Part shown: positions 1 to 8,454 of the stretch, one piece after another
Position numbering within the stretch: the stretch's first letter is position 1
Layout of the letters: every line of letters starts with the position of its first letter
Source: Clostridia bacterium
Lineage (GTDB): Bacteria; Bacillota; Clostridia; Oscillospirales; Acutalibacteraceae
DNA length: 64,000 nt
Reading direction: 5' to 3'
Assembly: GCA_044432645.1 (NCBI GenBank)
Contig: JAWXUM010000008.1
Location: 1,056 to 65,055, forward strand
Translations under genes and position numbers: made by a program
Notes under the pieces: model-generated
The model's input: the letters and a program-made list of their open reading frames with translations, nothing else
What the model was told of the DNA's origin: nothing
Database searches by the model: none

Positions 1-130
1 GTTAAATAAAAAGGTGGAAGCTTTTTATTATCGAGGAGCGTTGTCAGTGAAGAACCGACAAGTTTCTGCCTAAATAGACTTTATTTTTTATACAATTCAA
101 ACAAATTGTATAAGCTTTATGAACTTTGAG

Positions 131-161
131 ATAAAAATAAAGCTTACATTAAGCAAGCTTT
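131..161 (-). terminator. Rho-independent terminator downstream of the recombinase gene
   Basis: On the minus strand, AAAGCUUGC / GUAAGCUUU stem (one G-U pair), 5-nt loop, then AUUUUUAU. Same structure at 23383-23413. Confidence 0.55.
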
Positions 162-244
162 ACTTTTAAAAAGTTTGGTTGCGGAGATAGGGATTGATGT
201 TGTATGCTCTTAGGGTTGGAACTTGAACCCCTACCACTTTTTAA

Positions 245-1909
245 TTAGACAGCTATTTTTAATTGTTTGTGTTTTTCTTTAGCAATTTGGATTATATTTT
301 TTTGTGGCTGACCGACAAGTCCTATATCTCTGTAGTAAATCCACACGTCTTGAACTGCGTTTCTTTTGGATTTTTCTGGTCTTTCTTCGACTATGATTTT
401 GTCTATGAAAGTTCTTAGAATTTCGCTTGTCAGTTCATTGATATTGGTGTATTTTTTAGCTTTTGAGATAAACTTTTCGGTGTCTTGCATTGTGTTTTCA
501 AGTTTTACGATTTGCTCTTTTAAGTCTGGAAGTGAAGTTTTTATCTCTTTTTGTTCTTGGTTATAGCAAGTCGATAACATTTGGAATTGCTCGTCTGAAA
601 TCTTGCCAAGCACATTATCTTCGTAGGTCTTTTTGAACAATACTAGCAGTTCGTTATCACGCTTTTCTAATTTAGAAACTTGTTTGTGTAGCTTGCTAAG
701 TTCCTTTTTAGTTTCAGCATTGCTTTTATCGATTATGAACTTAACAAACTTTTCTTCGTCTTGCCTTGCAAAATGTGTGACTCTTTTGATTTCATCAAGT
801 AACATTGTTTTCAAATGCTTTTCACTAATTCTGTGAGGTGTGCATTCTTTACTACCATATTTTCTGTTTGTAGCACATACGAAATAGCAGTTGCCAGTTT
901 TGTTTTCCCTTGTAAACGAGAGTGGTTTTTTGCAGTCGTTACAGAATACCATACCAGAAAACATATTAGGAATCAACTCGCCTTTTGCGGGTCTTTTTCT
1001 GTTTTTTCTAACATTTTGGCAGATTTCCCAAGTATCTTTGCTGACTAATGGTTCGTGTGTATTCTCGAATTTAACCCATTCATCTTCTGGTTTTACAATA
1101 TGCTTTTTGTTTTTGTAGGACAAAGTTGTGTATTTTAAGTTGATTGTATTACCAATGTACACTTCATTATCTAAAACTTGAGCAACTGTTTTTGATGACC
1201 AATGATAGGGATGTTCGATGTCGATATTGGTAAGTTTGACATTTGTTATACTATAATAGTAGTTGCTTGGGGTTAGAATTTGCATTTCTTCAAGCTTGTT
1301 TGCTATTATCTTCGGACCACAACCATCCATACATAATTTGAAAATTAGCTTAACATTGTCGGCAGTGTCTGGGTTTGGAACTATCTTTTTAATGTCGGGA
1401 TTATTCATGTAACCATAAGGAGCTCTGCCAGAAACTCTTTCGCCACGTTCGGCTTTTGATTTTATCACAGCTTTGATTTTCTTGCTACAATCTTTGGCAT
1501 ACCATTCGTTGATGATGTTTTTGAATGGTGTGAATTCGTTGTCGCCTTTGGCACTGTCAACTCCGTCATTGATTGCGATAAATCTTACTCCGTAAGTTGG
1601 AAAGTCGATTTCCATAAGCTTTCCAACTTGTAAATACTCACGACCTAGCCTTGACATATCTTTTACGATTAGCGTTGAAACTTGGTTGATTTCAATCAAA
1701 TTCATAATTTCAATCCATGCTGGTCTTATAAAAGTCGTGCCTGAATACCCATCATCACTTTTGATTACGATGTTTTCAAAACCATGCTCTTCTGCATATT
1801 TTTGAAGTAACATTTTCTGATTTTGTATGCTGTTTGACTCACCGAAACTTTCATCTTCTTGACTTAATCTTGCGTATAAAATTGTATATTTTTGTGTTGT
1901 ACCTTTCAT
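245..1909 (-). CDS. Large serine recombinase (TnpX/TndX-like)
   Basis: 554 aa. N-terminal resolvase motif YARLSQEDE with catalytic Ser, recombinase domain, Cys-rich zinc ribbon (CNDC...CATNRKYGSKEC), C-terminal coiled coil. SD AAGAGG upstream. Confidence 0.93.
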   Translation of the reverse strand: MKGTTQKYTILYARLSQEDESFGESNSIQNQKMLLQKYAEEHGFENIVIKSDDGYSGTTFIRPAWIEIMNLIEINQVSTLIVKDMSRLGREYLQVGKLMEIDFPTYGVRFIAINDGVDSAKGDNEFTPFKNIINEWYAKDCSKKIKAVIKSKAERGERVSGRAPYGYMNNPDIKKIVPNPDTADNVKLIFKLCMDGCGPKIIANKLEEMQILTPSNYYYSITNVKLTNIDIEHPYHWSSKTVAQVLDNEVYIGNTINLKYTTLSYKNKKHIVKPEDEWVKFENTHEPLVSKDTWEICQNVRKNRKRPAKGELIPNMFSGMVFCNDCKKPLSFTRENKTGNCYFVCATNRKYGSKECTPHRISEKHLKTMLLDEIKRVTHFARQDEEKFVKFIIDKSNAETKKELSKLHKQVSKLEKRDNELLVLFKKTYEDNVLGKISDEQFQMLSTCYNQEQKEIKTSLPDLKEQIVKLENTMQDTEKFISKAKKYTNINELTSEILRTFIDKIIVEERPEKSKRNAVQDVWIYYRDIGLVGQPQKNIIQIAKEKHKQLKIAV

Positions 1910-1996
1910 TTTTACCTCTTTCTGTATTGCGTGGGAGGTTTTAGGTACTGAATACTGTAATTCAATTATACTCTAAAACCTCCAACAAGTCTATTA

Positions 1997-2248
1997 TTAT
2001 TTGCTGTAATCGTTATCAATTATTTGTAGCATTTTATCATCAATAGCGACTAAATTGTCAGTAGGGAATACCGAGTGAATTCGATATCCTTTTCCATCAA
2101 TATCCATATATCTGTGTGAATAACATTTGCCTTGATATTTTTGAAGTTTGCTATCGGTGAATTTATCATCAACAATTTCCGTTGTTTCATAAGCTCCAAA
2201 AACTTTGTTTTCCATATAATATTTAGCTTCGTTTTGTATCTCTCTCAT
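1997..2248 (-). CDS. Hypothetical 83-aa protein, translationally coupled to the relaxase (TAATG overlap)
   Basis: ORF conserved in both element copies (25248-25499). GGGAGGA SD lies inside the relaxase 3' end. Confidence 0.6.
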   Translation of the reverse strand: MREIQNEAKYYMENKVFGAYETTEIVDDKFTDSKLQKYQGKCYSHRYMDIDGKGYRIHSVFPTDNLVAIDDKMLQIIDNDYSK

Positions 2249-3579
2249 TAATATCCTCCCATTTTTATATCATTTTTCGGTGTGTAATCTATTTCATTTT
2301 CTTGTTCTAATTTTAAATTATCAATGTAATTTTCTACATCTTCATCATTTATGTCGCTTTCGTTTTGTGATTTTAGCCACTCAATTAATAGGTAAACACC
2401 AGCTATTGTTAAGGCTGTTATTTCTACCATAGTTAATATTTCAGCCATTTTATCATCTTCATTTTCTGCTTGTTCTAATCTTTTAATTGACCACATCAGG
2501 TTGTTGGTTAAAGTCCTAGTTGATGCTTTATTAGTAGAAAAGTTATCAGACCTGTCAACATCATGAAGTTCAGCAGAATTATTCCTATTGCTGTTTTCAA
2601 GTTGGAACAGTTCTTCTCGTTCAGCTTCCCATCCAGTTCTTGTTTCTGTTGTAGGATTTGCAGCATCTGCTTGAGTTCCTTGAGCTCCTGATAGTATTGA
2701 TGTCGGTTCTCTAGTTGTTTCACATTGTAATTTATCGACTGTATTTTCTCTTGTGAATTGTTCAGTATATCCACTATCAACTGCTGATTGTCGAATATAT
2801 TGTCTATATTCTGCTCCGTCCAACTGCAACTGCTCGGCTTGTGCAATTCTTTCAATTTGTTCAATTCTTTGTCGTCTAAGTTCAAATTCTTTCTCCATTC
2901 TAATTTTCAAATATCGTTCTTGGTGTAGTTTATTATCTCGGCATTTCATTGAGTTTGGGCAAGTGTAAGTTATGCTTTTTCTGTTTTCTTCCCATTTTAC
3001 TTGATATCCCTCTGATTGCATTAGCTTTTTAAATTGCTCTTTAGATTTAGAAAATCTCATGCAATCATCTATGGTATTTATCAGCTTAAACTTCCAACTT
3101 TCGCCTTTTAAAGCTGAGTGATATTCTTTGCTACTCATTTGATTTTCTCTTTTGTTTTTTGAGTAAGTCGTAAGAGGTGTATCGCCAAATTTCAAACAAA
3201 TCTCATCATTTATCTTTCTGTTATTGACTAAATCATCATGGTTTTGATGTAACTTTTTACCTGTTTCAAAATTTACAGAGTTGATAATTATATGGTTGTG
3301 TAGATTTTCGGTGTTCTGATGGGTTGAAATAATTGCTTCAAAATTTGGAAATTCTTTTGCTACAAATTCTAAACCAATTTGATTTATTTCTTGTGGTGTT
3401 AGGTTTGTATTTGACGGAAATGACTGAACAAATTGATAAAACATTCGTCCGTTGTTTTTTCTAAATTGGTTTTTAGTGGTCATCATTTCGTCAAATGCTG
3501 ATGGCACTAAACAATTAAATCCAGTGTTTAAACCTTTGGTTTTCTCCATGTCAAGAGCATAGGTTATACTCTTAAGCAT
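2248..3579 (-). CDS. Relaxase/mobilization nuclease (MobA/VirD2-type)
   Basis: 443 aa. Histidine triad HQNTENLHNHIIINS. Directly follows mobC. Variable Gln/Glu-rich C-terminal half with a terminal hydrophobic helix. Confidence 0.88.
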   Translation of the reverse strand: MLKSITYALDMEKTKGLNTGFNCLVPSAFDEMMTTKNQFRKNNGRMFYQFVQSFPSNTNLTPQEINQIGLEFVAKEFPNFEAIISTHQNTENLHNHIIINSVNFETGKKLHQNHDDLVNNRKINDEICLKFGDTPLTTYSKNKRENQMSSKEYHSALKGESWKFKLINTIDDCMRFSKSKEQFKKLMQSEGYQVKWEENRKSITYTCPNSMKCRDNKLHQERYLKIRMEKEFELRRQRIEQIERIAQAEQLQLDGAEYRQYIRQSAVDSGYTEQFTRENTVDKLQCETTREPTSILSGAQGTQADAANPTTETRTGWEAEREELFQLENSNRNNSAELHDVDRSDNFSTNKASTRTLTNNLMWSIKRLEQAENEDDKMAEILTMVEITALTIAGVYLLIEWLKSQNESDINDEDVENYIDNLKLEQENEIDYTPKNDIKMGGY

Positions 3580-3623
3580 TGCCGTTTTAGTTTGCGTTTT
3601 GTTTTTGATAGCGTATAAAATTC

Positions 3624-3929
3624 CTATATAATCACCTCCGATATATTGTTGATTTTTGAATGAACTAAGCTTAATTCGAGGATCATGTTTTCTAAATTGA
3701 TTGAACTAATTTTACCCATATTGGCTAAAGTTGTAAGCTGATTTAGGTTTCGTCCAATAGCTTTTAGTTCGGTTGTTAGCTGTGACAATCCGTCTATCAC
3801 AACTATTGGTTTATCAAGTGCTTGTCTTGTGAGATATTCTGTTGTTGTCAAATGAGCTTTTTTAGCTTTCGACTTGATTTTATTAAGGTCGTTTTCGTTA
3901 ATTCTAAATGCAAAGTTTTTGTTTTTCAT
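3624..3929 (-). CDS. mobC: MobC-family relaxosome accessory protein
   Basis: 101 aa with the MobC signature GRNLNQLTTLAN. SD AAAGGA. Identical protein at 26875-27180. Confidence 0.85.
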   Translation of the reverse strand: MKNKNFAFRINENDLNKIKSKAKKAHLTTTEYLTRQALDKPIVVIDGLSQLTTELKAIGRNLNQLTTLANMGKISSINLENMILELSLVHSKINNISEVII

Positions 3930-3963
3930 AAGTTCCTTTCTGCGTAAATATATGGTTTGCGTT

Positions 3964-4044
3964 CTTAAGGGGTTCGGGTTCGCCCGACAAGCTGTGTTCG
4001 CCGTATAGGCGAATGCTATGCTTGCCTCTCTTGTAAGAGAGTTT
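3964..4044. promoter_or_regulatory. Putative oriT (two hairpins just upstream of mobC)
   Basis: TTCGCC-gtata-GGCGAA (3997-4013) and CTCTCTT-gt-AAGAGAG (4026-4041) flank ATGCTATGCTTGCC. Locally GC-rich. Conserved at 27215-27295. Confidence 0.5.
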
Positions 4045-4980
4045 TCGTAGATAAAAGTTAGTGGGTGCTGACACCAATGACGCCACTGACACGAGATTTA
4101 GGTAGGGAACAGTAGTAGAAGTTTAACGTCATTGCTGTGTTTTTCAATTGTGCATAGTCAAATCATCCTTTCTAAATTCAAAAAAGTGGGAGCAATATTC
4201 ATATTACGAAACAGGTGTTTTTTACCCTCTACTATATAAAGACACTTCTAAGCCAAAATGTTCCTAAGTAGATAAAAAATTTTAAAAATAAATTTATCCC
4301 TCTAATAGGTAGAACACGAGAAACTAATTTTGTAACCCCTTTTGCAAAAATATTTTAATTAATTTAAAATGTCCTATACTATATAGCTACAACCTACAAA
4401 GCAAAAAACCACCATTAATTTTTTATAAAAAATATCCCTACACCTATTTACACACTCAGAAGCAAAAACACAGGGTGTTTTTCAAAAAAAGTTTTTAAAA
4501 ATATTTTTGCAAAATAAAAAAGCCCTTTGAAATTAATCAAAGAGCCTTAGTGTAAATATAAAATTGTGTATATATACTTATTATGTATTCAGAAATGAAA
4601 AAGTAATTGTTTTGTAGGACAAATAAAAACCGATGGTTATGACAAATTAATTTTGAGTTTAATTAATCACAGATACGAAAAATATATAAATCTTACTCTG
4701 AAAATTTTTCTTTATATTATAATTATGTATCAAGATTTCAATAATGTATAAAAATCAATAACAAATAAAAACCAATTTGATAACAAATTAATTTGCAAAA
4801 AAAATAACTCTCTACTATATAGGACAGTTGTAGAGAGTTTGTAAACCAAAATTATTTAATTTTATTACAGACACGAAAAATATATAAATTTCACTCTATG
4901 AAATTAACGTCATTGGTGTCATGGTGTCATAGTTTGTTTTTATCAACAGAAAAAATATAATAATTTTAAGTGTGGTAAGT

Positions 4981-5375
4981 GTAACTTGGTAAGATATTTC
5001 TAGTGTTTATCACGTTCTTTGGATTTTTACAAGTGTAACCAAAGCGTAACTTAAGTGTAACTGGTAACACATGAGTAACATTTGGGTAACACTTGCGTGT
5101 GTGCGAAAAAGTCAGTGTTCATCAGATTTTTGGGACTTGGTAACACTTACCACACTTGTTTTAAAGTAAAGCTGTTATATATACAAAAAAATCTGTCACT
5201 ACTGACACTTTACAAAAAAGTCTAGGTTTTAAGCCATTCTTAGGAAATTTACTAGTGACACCTTTTCGTTACTTTACCGACACAAATGACAGAAATATAT
5301 CGGATAAATAACAGGTTTAAATTGCGATAAACTCAGTGTTTGCAAGGGTTTCTAGGAAAAGTGACAGAATGACAG
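4981..5375 (+). repeat. Strand-biased short-motif arrays (GTAAC x8, then TGACA[C/G] x5-6)
   Basis: GTAAC at 4981, 5035, 5046, 5057, 5064, 5075, 5086, 5140. TGACAC/TGACAG at 5203, 5256, 5287, 5362, 5370. No credible ORF. Same arrays at 28878-29270. Confidence 0.7.
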
Positions 5376-5731
5376 AAAATTTAAACAAGAGTAACGTCCT
5401 AATTAAAAATCCTTTCTCTAACGCCAAACAAATTCGCAAACTGTGGCTCATGAGCCTTGTCTGTGATTTTAAGTTAGTTGGGGTGGTATCCTTACCCTAA
5501 GAGCGAATAATAAATCGACAAACTCTGACTTAGGTCTTGTCAACTACTCTAAAAACACGTTGTTAGTCCTTGCGTAATAATAGGCAAAAAGCATTTTAAT
5601 TATGTGTTATATTAGCTTAAAATATCGTATATTATATAATTTTGTTTATTATAGCAATAGAACTAAAAAAATATATATGTTATAATTACACTGTGCAAAA
5701 AGAACATCAATTCAAGTTTAAGGAGATAGTT

Positions 5732-6808
5732 ATGAAGTATAGAATTGGAATAATTGGAAGTGGTTCAATAAGCAAATCTCACACATATGGTTTTGATAAA
5801 TTAAATGAATTATATCAAGATTTAGAGCTTGAAAAGGTCGTTATGTGTTCTAGAAACATTACTGTAGATAGAGCAACTGAACTTGGTTGGAAAGAAATTG
5901 AAACAGATTGGAAAAAAGTTGTTGTTAGAGATGATATTGATGTAATAGATATTGTTGCTTACGATAATTTGCATTTTGAGATTGCTAAATTTGCGTTAGA
6001 AAATGGTAAACGTGTGATTTGTGAAAAACCACTTTCCGATACATCAGAACAAGCTTTAGAATTATCTAAATTAGCAATAGAAAAAAACATACCTGCTACT
6101 GTATGTATTAATTATAGATACATACACTCAGTTCGTTGTATTAAACATCTTATTGATACTGGTGTTTTAGGTGAGATACGACATATATTTGGTTCATTTT
6201 TAATGAATTGGGCAGTAAATGTTAATGGTGGTATGTATTGGAGATTAAACGATTCATATAGTAAGGGTGGAGCTTTAGGTGATTTAGGAACTCATATTAT
6301 TGATATGTGTGAATATTTTGGACTTGATTTTTCATCTGTGTGTGGTATGAATGAAGTGTACGGAAAAGAAAGACTATTGGGTACTGAAATGGTAAGCACT
6401 ACTGCAAATGAATTATCAGTATTTAATGCACGTTTTTCAAATAATGCACTTGGTATTTTTGAGCTTTCAAGGGTGTCTGGTGGCGGAACTGGTATGATGA
6501 TAGAAATACACGGAACAAAAGGCAATGTAAAGTGGGAGAAAAACAACATAAATACATTAAAAATTCATATGGCTGACGACCCAGAAAATAAATGGAGCTA
6601 TAAAGAAATTTTAGCAAGTGATATACTCCCCATGGATTATGACTTTAAACATGAATTTATTCAAATGGATAGCTACACTCTATTATTTAAGGACTTTTTT
6701 ATCTGTAATTCAGATTACCCTACCTTTGAAGATGGATATAAAGTTTGCAAAATAGTTGACGCTGTTATTGAATCTGATAAAAAAAGGAAGTACATAAATC
6801 TAAATTAA
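5732..6808 (+). CDS. Gfo/Idh/MocA-family NAD(P)-dependent oxidoreductase
   Basis: Rossmann motif IGIIGSGSIS and EKP motif (VICEKPLS). Start moved to ATG 5732, which has an AAGGAG SD. Confidence 0.85.
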   Translation: MKYRIGIIGSGSISKSHTYGFDKLNELYQDLELEKVVMCSRNITVDRATELGWKEIETDWKKVVVRDDIDVIDIVAYDNLHFEIAKFALENGKRVICEKPLSDTSEQALELSKLAIEKNIPATVCINYRYIHSVRCIKHLIDTGVLGEIRHIFGSFLMNWAVNVNGGMYWRLNDSYSKGGALGDLGTHIIDMCEYFGLDFSSVCGMNEVYGKERLLGTEMVSTTANELSVFNARFSNNALGIFELSRVSGGGTGMMIEIHGTKGNVKWEKNNINTLKIHMADDPENKWSYKEILASDILPMDYDFKHEFIQMDSYTLLFKDFFICNSDYPTFEDGYKVCKIVDAVIESDKKRKYINLN

Positions 6809-6833
6809 GTTTAATAAGTGAAAGGATGGTTCA

Positions 6834-7640
6834 ATGCTTAGAAAATTATTAGCACTGTGTGTAGTAGCTAAACTACAAATCCAAATGGCGTTTGTATATA
6901 GACTTAACTATTTGTTTGGCATAATATCGCTGTTTTTGCCAGTTGCTGCTTCGTATTTTATATGGACTGGTGTTTATTCTAGTGGAACCGTTGATACTGG
7001 TTATGACTTACAATCCATTTTGCTTTATTCTGTAATTGGAGTAGGTTTACGATTATCAACCAGTACAAATGTAATAACTTTATTTGAAGGACTTGTCAAT
7101 TCTGGTAATATTGCTTTAGAGCTTCTTAAACCTATAAGTTTACAGGCTAAAATACTTTTTACAACAATTGGCGATGTCATACAGGGATTATTAACAAAGT
7201 TTTTTGTAGTGTTTTTATTGGCTGTTTTTATATTTAGGTTAGATATATTGTTTATTCAACCAATAAATATTTTATATTTTGTAGCACTTATGTTACTGGG
7301 ATTTTTTATAGTATTTCTTATAGATTATTTAATTGGATTAATCAGTTTTTGGCTTACACAGTTGTGGGGAATTAATTTTGCCAAAAGGCAGATGATGTCT
7401 GTTCTTTCTGGAAGTCTTATCCCTCTTACAATGTATCCTACTGCATTAGTTACAGTCTTAAATTATACTCCATTCCCTTACATATATGGATATCCACTTG
7501 ATGCATTAATAATGGGAATAACGTCAGAAAGATTTTTAGAAATTGTGATAATCGATTTGATTTGGATAATCGGATTATTTGTTTTAAGTAGAATAGTTTG
7601 GTTCTTTGGTTCTAAAAAAGTATTTGTGCAAGGAGGTTAA
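6834..7640 (+). CDS. ABC-2-type transporter permease (COG4587/COG3694-like)
   Basis: 268 aa, about 6 hydrophobic helices, first of two permease genes ahead of an ATPase gene. Confidence 0.72.
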   Translation: MLRKLLALCVVAKLQIQMAFVYRLNYLFGIISLFLPVAASYFIWTGVYSSGTVDTGYDLQSILLYSVIGVGLRLSTSTNVITLFEGLVNSGNIALELLKPISLQAKILFTTIGDVIQGLLTKFFVVFLLAVFIFRLDILFIQPINILYFVALMLLGFFIVFLIDYLIGLISFWLTQLWGINFAKRQMMSVLSGSLIPLTMYPTALVTVLNYTPFPYIYGYPLDALIMGITSERFLEIVIIDLIWIIGLFVLSRIVWFFGSKKVFVQGG

Positions 7641-7642
7641 GT

Positions 7643-8440
7643 ATGAAAAAATATTTAGTTATATATTTTAAAAGACAAGGTTATAACATAGCAACCGAAC
7701 TGCAATATCGTGCTAACTTCATATCAACACTAATTACTGTATTTGCACAGCCAATAACAATGATTTTATCGTTCTATATAATCACAAGTCAGTTTGAAAC
7801 CTTTGCTGGCTGGACTTTTTTTCAAATGTCTTTTATTTATGGAATTTGGAGATTAGGACATTCAATATCAATATCATTTTTCCAACAAGGCTGGGATATA
7901 GGAAATTTTGTAAGAAATGGTGAATTTGATAAATATTTAGTTAAACCTTTAGACCCACTATTTCAATTGTTTTGTATTAGGTATCAGAAAATAGGATTTC
8001 CACATTTTATTTCTGGAATTGTAATTGTTGCATTTTGTTCGGTAAAGCTTAACTTAACTTTTTCTGTTTTAGATGTTGTTTTTTTAATAATAACTGTTTT
8101 GTCCGCTGCTATTATCGAAATGTCTGCAACTTTATTGTTTTCGTCTTTTTCCTTTTGGATAACAGATGCCAGTAATATCTTAAGAGTAGCATTAAACACA
8201 AATTATGAATTAATGCAATATCCTATAAATATTTATAATGATGTTTTAAAAGGTGTTTTAACATTCATTCTTCCTTATGGATTTATGAGTTTTTACCCTA
8301 GTTATCATTTTATTACTAATGGAGATGAACTTTCTAATATTTTCATATATGGTTCTCCAGTAGTAGCATTGATAATAGCAATAGTTGCAAGAAGCGTGTT
8401 TATGTTGGGAATTAAACATTATAATAGTACAGGTACATAA
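7643..8440 (+). CDS. ABC-2-type transporter permease (second subunit)
   Basis: 265 aa polytopic membrane protein. SD AGGAGG. 2-nt gap from the previous gene. Confidence 0.72.
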   Translation: MKKYLVIYFKRQGYNIATELQYRANFISTLITVFAQPITMILSFYIITSQFETFAGWTFFQMSFIYGIWRLGHSISISFFQQGWDIGNFVRNGEFDKYLVKPLDPLFQLFCIRYQKIGFPHFISGIVIVAFCSVKLNLTFSVLDVVFLIITVLSAAIIEMSATLLFSSFSFWITDASNILRVALNTNYELMQYPINIYNDVLKGVLTFILPYGFMSFYPSYHFITNGDELSNIFIYGSPVVALIIAIVARSVFMLGIKHYNSTGT

Positions 8441-8454
8441 AAGGAGTGTGAGAT

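Larger units (their letters stand above)
1..5476 (-). mobile_element. Mobilizable serine-recombinase element, copy 1 (left end lies beyond the window start)
   Basis: mobC-relaxase-orf83-large serine recombinase genes, oriT-like hairpins and a 1.5 kb repeat-rich non-coding arm. Collinear with 23253-29382. Similarity between the copies stops right after AAGTTA at 5476/29382. Confidence 0.75.

Noticed and set aside
185-235. tRNA-like GGTTCAAGTTCC stretch next to the recombinase gene that might indicate a tRNA target
   Set aside because: The T-arm would have an 8-nt loop, and no acceptor, D or anticodon arms can be drawn. The stretch is better explained as a recombinase half-site motif shared with 5490-5515 and 9614-9640.
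2508-2885. 125-aa same-strand overlapping ORF (+1 frame) inside the relaxase gene, also open in copy 2 (25759-26136), with a coiled-coil and a C-terminal hydrophobic helix and a GGAG upstream of its TTG start
   Set aside because: Third-codon positions in this frame are mostly G/C (CTG, AAC, CAG, GAG), unlike every confident gene here. The relaxase frame has the normal A/T-ending usage. The GAA/CAA-rich relaxase codons automatically suppress stops in the +1 frame. It is most likely a compositional artefact, although its somewhat higher conservation than the relaxase frame keeps a small doubt.
3904-4092. 62-aa ORF overlapping oriT (and the similar 27269-27472 ORF in copy 2)
   Set aside because: It spans hairpin-rich oriT DNA, overlaps the mobC start, is not conserved as an ORF between the copies and has no SD.
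4981-5375. Possible CRISPR array, given the many short repeats
   Set aside because: The repeats are 5-8 nt with irregular spacing of 5-50 nt, there are no 25-40 nt repeat/spacer units, and there are no cas genes.
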